The translations under genes were made by a program, and so were the position numbers. DNA of 64,000 nucleotides from Spirochaetota bacterium (GTDB taxonomy: Bacteria > Spirochaetota > UBA4802 > JAFGDQ01): the NCBI GenBank assembly GCA_043803405.1, contig JAZDKB010000004.1, positions 1 through 64,000 on the forward strand, read 5' to 3'. The notes beneath the pieces are model-generated. The model made no database searches. It saw nothing but the letters and a program-made list of their open reading frames with translations, and had not been told where the DNA came from. Each line of letters begins with the position of its first letter. The first letter of the stretch is position 1. Positions 10,516 to 19,698 of the stretch are shown one piece after another.

Positions 10516-10794
10516 ATGATCAAATCATTCAGGCATAAAGGTATCGAAGAATTTTTTTTTACCGGGAGCAAAAAAGGCATTAAGCCTGAACATGCCGGAA
10601 GGCTTGAACTTATTCTCGATAGACTTAATGCCGCCAATGACATAAAAGATATGAATTATCCCGGTTCAAATCTTCATAAATTAACAGGAGATAAAAAAGG
10701 ACAATTTACAGTTAAAGTATCAGGCAATTGGAGAATCTTTTTTGAATTTTTCAATGGTGATGCTTACATTGTTGATTATGATGATTATCACTAG
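10516..10794 (+). CDS. higB: HigB (RelE-like) toxin
   Basis: MIKSFRHKG...LHKLTGD...VKVSGNWRIFF...DYH is typical of this family. Confidence 0.92.
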   Translation: MIKSFRHKGIEEFFFTGSKKGIKPEHAGRLELILDRLNAANDIKDMNYPGSNLHKLTGDKKGQFTVKVSGNWRIFFEFFNGDAYIVDYDDYH

Positions 10795-10806
10795 TGAGGT
10801 AAAATT

Positions 10807-11121
10807 ATGAATAAAATAAGACGTAAACCGATACATCCTGGAAAAATTATTCAGGAAGATTATTTAAAGCCTTTAAGTATAACAATTACAGAAATGGCAT
10901 CACTGCTTGATGTTTCAAGGAAAACATTATCAAAAATTATAAATGAAAAAGCATCTATTACGCCGGACATGTCTCTTCGTCTTGCTAGAGCTTTTAATAC
11001 TACCCCGGAATTATGGATGAATTTACAAAAGAATTATGATTTGTGGGAAGCTGAATATATGTCAAAGGATTGGCAGAGAGTTAAGCAGCTCCCTGAAAAG
11101 CAGTTACATGCTAATTTATAA
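10807..11121 (+). CDS. higA: HigA antitoxin (HTH)
   Basis: HPGKII, ITPDMSLRL and TPELWMNLQ motifs. Confidence 0.92.
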   Translation: MNKIRRKPIHPGKIIQEDYLKPLSITITEMASLLDVSRKTLSKIINEKASITPDMSLRLARAFNTTPELWMNLQKNYDLWEAEYMSKDWQRVKQLPEKQLHANL

Positions 11122-11144
11122 AAATAGATTAAAAACTCTTTTTA

Positions 11145-12755
11145 CTAGCCATGGCCTATTTTATGTTTCTGCAGCTTCTTCTCCTGCCTTATTTCCGTCA
11201 TCCGTGAAATCCTTTGCTGCAGAATGTCTTTTCCGGCACTCTTCATCCCGGGATCGCGGTAAGGCGCAGACTTAACATCAGCCTTCAGTTTGCCGATTTC
11301 TTCTTCGCTTAAAAGCGGAATAGCGGTTAACTTTGATGCAACCGTGCCCTCTCTCTTCTTTCCCACAGAAGGGCCCTTGCCAATAAGAAAGCATGCTTCG
11401 AGCATTGCCGACCGGATCTGGGGCGCGCTTGAGTAGGTGGTAAGCACTGCGTCAGCTTTCATTATCCTGTAAAGCTCTCCGAAAAATTCCAGTGACCATA
11501 GCTCCGGGTTCTTTGCAGGACTGAACGGGTCGTGGAACACAGCGTTAAAATAATCATCCTCTAAAGCGCTTATCGTTTTTCTCGCATCCCCGAAAAGCAT
11601 CTGTATGGAATACTTTCCAAAATCATTTTGCGCGCCTGTAAACGCTTTCTTTATATTCCCGTATATTTCGTCTTTATCGTCGTTAAAGGAAACGGAATTT
11701 ATGCCGGATAAAAACGAACTGTCTTTCTCAAGGGAAAAGACGTAAAGCTTCCGGTCTGTATTCTTTTTCAGAAACTCTATAACAAGCGCAAGTATGTTAT
11801 AACCTAAACCGAATCCTACATCCAGAACGCGCAATTCTGCGGAATTATTTTCCAGGATTTTTGAAGGATGAACATGCTTATAAAGCGCTTCATTATACGC
11901 GCCTGATAAAGAATGCATTGCCTGGTTATATTCGTCCGAATAGAGCGAATCTGTCCCGTCTTCGGTTTTGATAATATGAAACGACGGCTTATTATTTTTT
12001 GAACGGATTGAGTGCCGCAGCAGCAATGATCCGAGAATGAGGAATACAATGGATCCCCATTGTCCAGGCGTGAGCCCTAAATATGTTGCGTCAATGATGC
12101 GCAGAAAGTCGAGAGCAAAGCGCACGGGCGCGTAAAGGACGCACAATAACCCTAAATAAAATCCACCAGGCCGGTTTTTGTTTCGACCAAGCGCAAGGAA
12201 AAGGATGAGTACAGGTATAATGTAAAGGGCTTCCAGTAGCCCAAGGTTGTGGCGGACTATACCGTCCGAATACATCTGGCCGAGAAAAAATGAGGTCGGT
12301 ATTCCGGGATGATCGTAGGAAATAAAGCAGCCGGTGCGTCCAAGAAGCCAGCTGACCGGGAACACGTAAGCAGCAATGTCGAGATACTTCCAGCGTTCGC
12401 TTTCCAGCTTTCTCTGCCGGAAGAATATCATTGCTGCTGCCAAAGCTCCGATGAATCCACCGAACGAACTTATCCCGTCCCATAACCGCAACAGGCTAAG
12501 CGGATCGGCCAGTGTTTCAGCAGGGAAATATACTATACGGTCAAATAAATGCGAGGTCACCAGCACGCCTATCGCCAGCCACAGCACCATGTGTTCGGCT
12601 ACGGACGCGTCCAGGCCGAGCGCTATTGCACGGCGGCGTATCCTCAGGAAAAAAACAAATATGGCTGCGCCAACCAGCGCCCCGAAGCTGTAAATTGTTA
12701 CAGTCCCTATTTGCAGTACAGGCTGATCGAAATAAGGTATCATAATTTTACTCAT
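11145..12755 (-). CDS. Fusion of an Lgt-family membrane domain (about aa 1-250) and an MnmC/MnmD-type tRNA methyltransferase domain
   Basis: Lgt-like GISSFGG, GRTGCF, RHNLGLLE and RFALDFLR; MnmD-like TEDG..L....HS..GA, LDVGFGLGYN, HDPFSPAKNPELW and GKKREGT. Confidence 0.8.
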   Translation of the reverse strand: MSKIMIPYFDQPVLQIGTVTIYSFGALVGAAIFVFFLRIRRRAIALGLDASVAEHMVLWLAIGVLVTSHLFDRIVYFPAETLADPLSLLRLWDGISSFGGFIGALAAAMIFFRQRKLESERWKYLDIAAYVFPVSWLLGRTGCFISYDHPGIPTSFFLGQMYSDGIVRHNLGLLEALYIIPVLILFLALGRNKNRPGGFYLGLLCVLYAPVRFALDFLRIIDATYLGLTPGQWGSIVFLILGSLLLRHSIRSKNNKPSFHIIKTEDGTDSLYSDEYNQAMHSLSGAYNEALYKHVHPSKILENNSAELRVLDVGFGLGYNILALVIEFLKKNTDRKLYVFSLEKDSSFLSGINSVSFNDDKDEIYGNIKKAFTGAQNDFGKYSIQMLFGDARKTISALEDDYFNAVFHDPFSPAKNPELWSLEFFGELYRIMKADAVLTTYSSAPQIRSAMLEACFLIGKGPSVGKKREGTVASKLTAIPLLSEEEIGKLKADVKSAPYRDPGMKSAGKDILQQRISRMTEIRQEKKLQKHKIGHG

Positions 12756-12966
12756 TAAACCTTTACAAATTATTCAAAACGGATTATAAATAGAACGATA
12801 TTTTGTCTATCAGATTCTTTGCTAAACCCCGGAAAATTTATTTGACTTTTAAATGTACGATGTTCAATTCGAGTGTATTTCAACAAGTCAATTCAGCAGG
12901 ATTTTAATACAGGGATTATTGGGATCAAGGGGTGAGGGCATTACTATATTTCCAGGGCTATATCAA

Positions 12967-13443
12967 ATGACAAAACGTAAACTGATTATAATAATTTTTG
13001 CTTTTATGTTTATCTGCTATGCAGGTTCGGGTAGCGCTGCAACCAAAGCAGGCGTGGGATTTATACTGGGAGACCCTTCGGGGTTTACAGCAAAGGTATT
13101 TCCGGATGATATTTATGCCCTCGATTTCGGGATAGGCCCGAGCGCGCACGACGGCTTTTACTTATATGCCGATTTTCTGCGTCATTTCGGGAGCCTGTTC
13201 CCGGTTAAAGAGCTTGTTTTTTATGTTGGAGGCGGCGCCGGATTCCATAACCATGAGGAGCATCGCAAAGGAAATGAGAGCGATCATGAAAACAGCCTTG
13301 AGGCAAGGATGCCCTTCGGGATAGAATATACCTTTAAGGATGTCCCCGTAGGCATATTTGGTGAAATTGTTCCTGCCATGGAAATTGCACCGGATTTCGA
13401 TTTCAATATAAGGGGCGGAGCAGGCGCAAGGTATTATTTCTAA
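12967..13443 (+). CDS. Small outer-membrane beta-barrel protein (DUF3996-like)
   Basis: Signal peptide, GVGFILGDPSG motif, C-terminal GARYYF. The ORF track starts at 12853. Confidence 0.7.
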   Translation: MTKRKLIIIIFAFMFICYAGSGSAATKAGVGFILGDPSGFTAKVFPDDIYALDFGIGPSAHDGFYLYADFLRHFGSLFPVKELVFYVGGGAGFHNHEEHRKGNESDHENSLEARMPFGIEYTFKDVPVGIFGEIVPAMEIAPDFDFNIRGGAGARYYF

Positions 13444-13574
13444 GGAAAACATGTTGTTTTTAAAGCAAACCAGCCTGATTTTAACAAAAACATGTAAGAT
13501 ATTATAATAAACTGGATTTGCTGCAAAACGAAGGGGGATGCTATAAGACAAAGGGATTTCCTTCAAATCGAAAA

Positions 13575-14531
13575 TTAGCGAACTTTTCTTCTTGGCATTT
13601 TTTTGGTTCCATTACCCATCCTTTTTAAGAAAACAGCTGTCATCCATCCAATTATAATAATACCTAACACAAATAATGAGTAAGATAATTGCCAGGGCAA
13701 ATTTTTTGTCATTGCGGTGAATTCCGACATACCTCCGATGCTTGCCAGCAGGTTCAAAGGAAGAAAGATGACATTTATTATAGTAAGCTTTCTTAAAAGA
13801 ATGTTCATATTATTGTTTATGAGGCTGCCTCTTGCATCCATTAATCCCGCGAGAATTGTCGAGTGTATTTCCGCCTGTTTATAGCACTGATCGCTTTCAA
13901 TTATCAGGTCGTCAAGCAGCTCAACTTCATCGGGCGTAAAACCTATTTTCTGGGCATTGTTTTTTAACTTTATAAGAACAGTGTTATTTGCATTTATAGC
14001 ATTTATATAATAGACAAGGCTTTCGCTCAGGCTGAACATCTGAACCAGGTACTGATTTTCAAGCGAGGCGGCAATTTTATCCTGAAGATCCTTTGACATC
14101 ATGTTTATTGCTTTTATATGGTCAACATAATGGCGGACCGTATTAAACAGTATTTTCAGAAAGCAGTCGAACACGGAATTGACTTTTCTGTAGTCTCTCC
14201 TGTCATATAACTCGTAATCATCCTTTAATATTACAATAACCTTTTTGCTTGATAAAACAATACCGATGGATGAAACATTAAAATGAAGCTGATTTTCAAA
14301 TGAATAATTGTTGGGACGTTTCCATATAATAAATGTATAGTCTTTCTCAAACTCTACGCGCGAAACCTCGTCCGGGTCCAGTGCGGACAATAAAGTATGT
14401 TCATCAAAATCCAGATTGGCTAAAATGATCTGCTTTTCTTTTTCATCCGGATTTATATAGAAATCTATTACATTATCAGTTCTATCCGAAGGGACAATTG
14501 TTCTATCTATAATATCAAATTTTTTATTCAT
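13575..14531 (-). CDS. corA: CorA-family divalent cation transporter
   Basis: LDPDEVSRVE, N..L..LT...IFLP and two C-terminal TM helices; the signature reads GGMSE. Confidence 0.85.
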   Translation of the reverse strand: MNKKFDIIDRTIVPSDRTDNVIDFYINPDEKEKQIILANLDFDEHTLLSALDPDEVSRVEFEKDYTFIIWKRPNNYSFENQLHFNVSSIGIVLSSKKVIVILKDDYELYDRRDYRKVNSVFDCFLKILFNTVRHYVDHIKAINMMSKDLQDKIAASLENQYLVQMFSLSESLVYYINAINANNTVLIKLKNNAQKIGFTPDEVELLDDLIIESDQCYKQAEIHSTILAGLMDARGSLINNNMNILLRKLTIINVIFLPLNLLASIGGMSEFTAMTKNLPWQLSYSLFVLGIIIIGWMTAVFLKRMGNGTKKMPRRKVR

Positions 14532-14617
14532 ATTGTACTGCCTCTATATATTCAAACCGACACCAGCCATGCATTTAATGTATATAATCGGCCAGATGCG
14601 GTCAATAGAATTAGATT

Positions 14618-15487
14618 TTAAGCCTGCTTTTTTCTCCCCTCGATAATCCCGCTTACGCCTGTAAGTGATACTGTAATTAGAACGCCGCCTGCTATTATCT
14701 TCAAAGTAAGCGGATCGGAGAAGATTGTCACTCCTAAAAGCGCAGCAATCAGAATTCTGCTGCACGAGATTAGCGAACCTGCCGCAGCATTGATTGATTT
14801 ATAGCCGAGCGTTATAAATACCTGTCCTGCAACAGATGTGATTACAGTTAGAATTACATATATAAGCACAATCCCGTGCGGGATCATAAAACCACGAAAA
14901 GCCAGCGCCAGCGTGATCAATGTGCCTATGCCCATGTGATAAAAAAGTATAACAAATGTTGAATCATATTTTCTTGCTTCGCGCAGGTACGCGACTGCAA
15001 ATCCCGCAAGGAGACCGGAAAGAAAACCGTAAATATCCCCCTTATTAATATTACTCAGGTAAAATTCGGATACATCCGGCATAACAACGAAATAAATCCC
15101 TGCCATGCCCAGCACAAGAAAAAAATAATGCAGCACGGGAACCTTCTCTTTGTTTACATAAGGAGCAAGGAGAAACACGAATATCGGGTAAGTCATGTTA
15201 AGGATATTGGATTTAGTGACAGTGGAATATTCCACAGCCAGGAAGAAAAATATCGCGGCGCCCACGTTGAAGATGGAGCGCATGCCGACATTCTTAACGC
15301 TTTGCGGTTTAAGGGATAGTTTTTTCACTGCAACATAAACTGCTGCCAGCGCGAACCCGGCAAAGAACCGTAAAAAAGTCAGCTCCATCGCGGAAATATC
15401 TGAAGCGTCCATTACCAGTTTGGCGAATACTGTTGACAGCGCAAATGACAGAGCTGACAATAAAATATATAATACGTCTTTAATCAT
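14618..15487 (-). CDS. DMT/EamA family transporter
   Basis: About 10 TM segments in two EamA repeats. Confidence 0.85.
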   Translation of the reverse strand: MIKDVLYILLSALSFALSTVFAKLVMDASDISAMELTFLRFFAGFALAAVYVAVKKLSLKPQSVKNVGMRSIFNVGAAIFFFLAVEYSTVTKSNILNMTYPIFVFLLAPYVNKEKVPVLHYFFLVLGMAGIYFVVMPDVSEFYLSNINKGDIYGFLSGLLAGFAVAYLREARKYDSTFVILFYHMGIGTLITLALAFRGFMIPHGIVLIYVILTVITSVAGQVFITLGYKSINAAAGSLISCSRILIAALLGVTIFSDPLTLKIIAGGVLITVSLTGVSGIIEGRKKQA

Positions 15488-15663
15488 TGTAATATGTTTT
15501 TTTTATAATTCCGGGATTTTTTGTTTGTTCGGACGGCAATTCCTTTTTGTCAAGGAGAATAAACATATATTAATTTTTATTTATTCGCTTGACTTTTACC
15601 TGAAATTTTAAAATAAATCAGATGAAATTTATAATGATTATTTTTACGAACGCGATGGCAAAG

Positions 15664-15703
15664 GGTTCTGGAAGGCATACTGTGCCCCGGAGCCTTTTTT
15701 TTT
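15664..15703 (+). terminator. Intrinsic terminator/attenuator hairpin in the cob operon leader
   Basis: GGTTCTGG..GGCA-loop-TGCC-CCGGAGCC stem followed by a run of 9 T. Confidence 0.6.
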
Positions 15704-15709
15704 GACTTA

Positions 15710-15885
15710 GAGTGCGTCCCAAAACCTATTGGGATATCGTAAACGAGACAATAATAATCAATTTTCAGGCAACACGGATGTTGCCGTACGCCGCTTCTTA
15801 CAGGATGTAAGCATTAGCGGCGAGAAAATTGATTATTATTGTCTCGATAAACAACATAGCGATATATAGGTTTTGGGACGCACTC
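15710..15885. mobile_element. 176-bp MITE with 20-bp TIRs, TTA direct repeats and a nested palindromic core
   Basis: TIR GAGTGCGTCCCAAAACCTAT / ATAGGTTTTGGGACGCACTC; TTA at 15707-15709 and 15886-15888; related copies at 31896 and 52830. Confidence 0.8.
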
Positions 15886-15912
15886 TTAAGTAAATTATAT
15901 AGGAGAATTATT

Positions 15913-16980
15913 ATGCAAGTTTTAAAAAGCACAATTACGGAAATAAAAGCGCCTGATAAGGCAAAATATAAAGAAGCTCTCAAACGTTTGTCTCTACAGG
16001 CAAGGCCTGCCGGTAGCCTGGGGGTGCTGGAAAATATTTCCGCAAGGCTTGCGTCGATAGCAGGCACATTAGACGTAAAATTAAAAAATAAAGTAATCGT
16101 TGTTTGCGCAGGCGACCATGGAATAGTTGAAGAAGGAGTTAGCCTTTTCCCTCAGGAAGTCACTTCGCAGATGGTGTTTAACTTTGTTAAGGGAGGGGCC
16201 TCGATCAATGTGCTGGCGCGTCATGCAGGCGCAAAAGTCCTTGTCGCGGATTTCGGAGTAAATTACGACTTTGCGCGCAGTCTCATGATCTTTGATAAAA
16301 AAGTAAGAAAGGCTACTTCCAATTTTACAAAGGGTCCGGCTATGACAAGAGAAGAGGCGGTGCGGTCAGTAGAGGGAGGCATATCGATCGTTGAGGAGCT
16401 TCTGATGAAAGGACGCATTGATTTGCTGGGCACAGGCGACATGGGCATAGGCAACACTACGCCTTCGAGTGCCGTCATAGCTGTTCTGTCCGGCGTTTCT
16501 GTTGAGGAAGTTACTGGCAGGGGCACAGGCCTTGACGACAAGGCATTGCAGAATAAAATTAAAGTGATAAAAAACGGAATCAAGATAAACAAGCCGAACA
16601 AAAAGGACGCTCTTGATGTTCTAAGAAAAGTGGGCGGGTTCGAAATAGGCGGGCTTGCCGGGCTTTTGCTTGGCGCAGCTGCGCACAAAATACCTGTAGT
16701 GTGCGACGGCCTCATTTCCACAGCAGGGGCGCTGATCGCGTGCGAGCTTGCGCCTCTTGCGAAGGAGTACCTGTTTACCAGCCACCGCTCAGTGGAGGCC
16801 GGGCACAAGTATATGCACGGGCATCTGGGACTTGAGCCGCTGCTCGATCTTAAGCTGCGGCTGGGGGAGGGCACGGGCGCTGCGCTTGCAATGGAGCTAC
16901 TGGATGCCGCAACAAGAGTTCTTGCGGAAATAAAAACATTCTCGGAAGTAAATATTGCGGATGTTCAGAGACACAGCTAA
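15913..16980 (+). CDS. cobT: Nicotinate-nucleotide--dimethylbenzimidazole phosphoribosyltransferase
   Basis: GSLG.LE, AGDHG, GDMGIGNTT and LRLGEGTGA motifs; AGGAG RBS before the ATG at 15913. Confidence 0.95.
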   Translation: MQVLKSTITEIKAPDKAKYKEALKRLSLQARPAGSLGVLENISARLASIAGTLDVKLKNKVIVVCAGDHGIVEEGVSLFPQEVTSQMVFNFVKGGASINVLARHAGAKVLVADFGVNYDFARSLMIFDKKVRKATSNFTKGPAMTREEAVRSVEGGISIVEELLMKGRIDLLGTGDMGIGNTTPSSAVIAVLSGVSVEEVTGRGTGLDDKALQNKIKVIKNGIKINKPNKKDALDVLRKVGGFEIGGLAGLLLGAAAHKIPVVCDGLISTAGALIACELAPLAKEYLFTSHRSVEAGHKYMHGHLGLEPLLDLKLRLGEGTGAALAMELLDAATRVLAEIKTFSEVNIADVQRHS

Positions 16981-17014
16981 TTATTATTCTTAACTTGATC
17001 CGGGGAGATGCTGA

Positions 17015-17575
17015 ATGGGGAAAATTATTTTCATAACAGGCGGGGCAAGGAGCGGCAAAAGCACCTTTGCCGAAAAGCTATTAAAGAACGAAGACAGCGT
17101 GGTTTACATTGCCGCAGGTATTGCCTTCGATAGCGAAATGAAGGACAGGATAGCAAGGCACAAAGAAAAACGCAATCCTGCATGGATAACGGTTGAAAAA
17201 TACAAAGACCTTGATATAATCTTAAAAGAGATCATAAAAGATAAAAAATTTATATTAATAGATTGTCTTACAATAATGGTTTCAAATTTAATGATACTTG
17301 AAAATGATATTGATTGGGATACAATTGACATTAAAACGGTTAATATTATAGAAGAAAATATTCTGGCGGAAATAAACAAGCTGCTTATTACGGTAAATGA
17401 TTTTCCCGGAGAATCTATAATAGTATCAAATGAAACCGGTATGGGCGTTGTCCCGCCCGCTCCGCTAGGACGCTATTACAGGGACATTGCAGGAAGAATA
17501 AACCAGGTTGTTGCCGCAGCAGCACATACGGCATATTTTATTGTTTCCGGAATACCCATGAAAATAAAGGGATGA
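17015..17575 (+). CDS. cobU: Adenosylcobinamide kinase / cobinamide-phosphate guanylyltransferase
   Basis: ITGGARSGKS, IDCLT and VSNETGMGVVP motifs. Confidence 0.95.
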   Translation: MGKIIFITGGARSGKSTFAEKLLKNEDSVVYIAAGIAFDSEMKDRIARHKEKRNPAWITVEKYKDLDIILKEIIKDKKFILIDCLTIMVSNLMILENDIDWDTIDIKTVNIIEENILAEINKLLITVNDFPGESIIVSNETGMGVVPPAPLGRYYRDIAGRINQVVAAAAHTAYFIVSGIPMKIKG

Positions 17576-17578
17576 TTT

Positions 17579-18322
17579 ATGCTTAAAATGTTTTTATTGC
17601 AGTTAAAGTTTTTAACCACAATTCCATTGCCGGTTAAGATTGAGTTCGATGAAAATAAATTCGCAAAGGGTGTAATATTTTCTCCGGTAGTCGGACTCAT
17701 AATCGGCCTTATCCTTGGCGGGACATTTATCCTTGTTAATCTGGCCGGGAAGCAGATTATTGCCGTGGTCTCAGTAGTTTTTGTCGGGATAATAATTACA
17801 GGCGGGCTTCATCTGGACGGCCTTGCAGATACATTTGACGGAATCTTCAGCAACCAGCCGAAAGAAAAGATACTTAAGATAATGAAGGATTCCAGGATAG
17901 GAACGAACGGCACTCTTGCACTAATAATGGATGTGATATTCAGGATAAGCCTGCTTTATTCGTTAAGCGAGCAGAATATGTTCGCGTATTTATGCATTAC
18001 GCCTGTTATATCAAGAATGAGTATTGCGTGGACTGCAGGGCTGGCATCCGGCACAAGAAAGGGGAGCATGGCCGGCGCGCTGGTTAAGCATACAGGATAC
18101 AGGGAGATTATTATTGCATCAGCAATTACGGCTTTCCTGAGCATTGCGTTTATCAGACAATTAACCTTAGTTGTCATTCCGGCAGTAATTCTTTTTGCAG
18201 TAATTTGCGAAAGATACGCCGAGAAAAAAATCGGCTGCATCTCGGGGGACATCATAGGCGCGGTTATCGAGATGACGGAAATCACAGTGCTTTTTGCACT
18301 ATTTATTTATGAATTGTTTTAA
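17579..18322 (+). CDS. cobS: Adenosylcobinamide-GDP ribazoletransferase
   Basis: TGGLHLDGLADTFDG, IMKDSRIG and GDIIGA motifs. Confidence 0.95.
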   Translation: MLKMFLLQLKFLTTIPLPVKIEFDENKFAKGVIFSPVVGLIIGLILGGTFILVNLAGKQIIAVVSVVFVGIIITGGLHLDGLADTFDGIFSNQPKEKILKIMKDSRIGTNGTLALIMDVIFRISLLYSLSEQNMFAYLCITPVISRMSIAWTAGLASGTRKGSMAGALVKHTGYREIIIASAITAFLSIAFIRQLTLVVIPAVILFAVICERYAEKKIGCISGDIIGAVIEMTEITVLFALFIYELF

Positions 18323-18387
18323 CACAGGTGTATTACCGATATGCTGCCTGTACATATTTAATTTATATGATATCAAGGTGATACGGT

Positions 18388-18981
18388 ATGTTTGAAATCG
18401 TACTGATACGTCATGCCGAGACAGACAATAACACTATGCACAAATTCTCAGGTATAACCGATGTGGGCCTGAACGATAATGGAAGGCAGCAGGCATTAAA
18501 ACTGGCTGATGCTCTTAAAGATGAAATTATCGATCACATATTTTCCAGCGATATGCGCAGATGCGTTGAGACTGGCAACGGCCTCAGGTGCGCGAACGAA
18601 AGAATCTTCACAAAAGAACTCCGTGAGATGAATTTCGGCAGATGGGAAAACCTTACTTACAAAGAGATCAAAGAAAGGTATCCTGACGATATTGAAATGT
18701 GGGAGCGCGACTGGACGGATTACGAAATCCCGGAAGGCGAAAGCTTTACCCGAATGAGCGCAAGAGTGATAAAAGAATTTGAGGATATTGTAAAAGTTAA
18801 AAGCAACGGAGCAAAAAAAATTGCCGTTGTGTCGCACAGCGGATGCATAAGAACGATACTCGGCCATTACATAATCGGATCAATAAAAGACAGCTGGAGA
18901 TTCCGCGTTGAGAATGCCGCTGTTACGAGACTCTCTGTAGATAAAGGATACTATTTCTTAAAATCCCTTAATGAAAAATAA
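18388..18981 (+). CDS. cobC: Alpha-ribazole phosphatase (histidine phosphatase family)
   Basis: LIRHAET, LREMNFG.WE, PEGES and SHSG motifs; follows cobS. Confidence 0.85.
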   Translation: MFEIVLIRHAETDNNTMHKFSGITDVGLNDNGRQQALKLADALKDEIIDHIFSSDMRRCVETGNGLRCANERIFTKELREMNFGRWENLTYKEIKERYPDDIEMWERDWTDYEIPEGESFTRMSARVIKEFEDIVKVKSNGAKKIAVVSHSGCIRTILGHYIIGSIKDSWRFRVENAAVTRLSVDKGYYFLKSLNEK

Positions 18982-19121
18982 TATTCCGGTATTTATTTAT
19001 GGCCAGGTACATTTGGGTTTATTGAATTGTCATGCGGATGTAAAATTATATTACAATATATTATTGAAAAAAAGTCAGTGTTGACGGTATTGTTTGTTGA
19101 TTATATCAGGAGTAATTAACC

Positions 19122-19697
19122 ATGTTCAAATTTATTAGGGAAAAAATATTTATAGACGATGTGGTTTGCCCATGGTGGCTCGCATATACATTTGATAACC
19201 GCATTCGAAAGTTTTTTCATAATCCGGATAAAATGTTCAGTAAATATATCAGGAAAGGGATGACAGTGCTGGATATCGGTTGCGGGATGGGCTACTTCTC
19301 TATTGGGATGGCTGCGTTTGTAGGCGACAAAGGCAAAGTCATTGCTCTCGATATTCAGGAAAAAATGCTTGAGGTAATGAAGAAACGGGCTGAAAAAGCC
19401 GGCATGCTGAAGCGAATAACTCCGCATCTAAGCACAAAGAAAGATCTTAAACTAAAGAAAAAAGTCGATTTTGCATTAAGTTTCTGGATGGTGCACGAAG
19501 TACCGGACATAAATATTTTTTTAAAGAATGTTTACAATACATTAAATAAACATGGAAGATATTTTATCGCTGAGCCTAAAATGCACACGTCTGAAAAATA
19601 TTTCAGCAATCTCGAAAGCCTTTGCCTGGCGACAGGTTTTCGCATAATAGACCGTCCGGAAGTATCATTAAGCCGTGCTGTGCTTCTGGAGAGATAA
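19122..19697 (+). CDS. Class I SAM-dependent methyltransferase
   Basis: VLDIGCGMGYF; VCPWW N-terminal motif. Confidence 0.85.
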   Translation: MFKFIREKIFIDDVVCPWWLAYTFDNRIRKFFHNPDKMFSKYIRKGMTVLDIGCGMGYFSIGMAAFVGDKGKVIALDIQEKMLEVMKKRAEKAGMLKRITPHLSTKKDLKLKKKVDFALSFWMVHEVPDINIFLKNVYNTLNKHGRYFIAEPKMHTSEKYFSNLESLCLATGFRIIDRPEVSLSRAVLLER

Positions 19698-19698
19698 A

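Noticed and set aside
15500..15912. Cobalamin riboswitch upstream of cobT
   Set aside because: No B12-box or other conserved elements were seen; the structure present is a terminator-like hairpin and a MITE.
15829..15912. 28-aa N-terminal extension of CobT in the ORF track
   Set aside because: It reads through the MITE; the AGGAG RBS supports the ATG at 15913.
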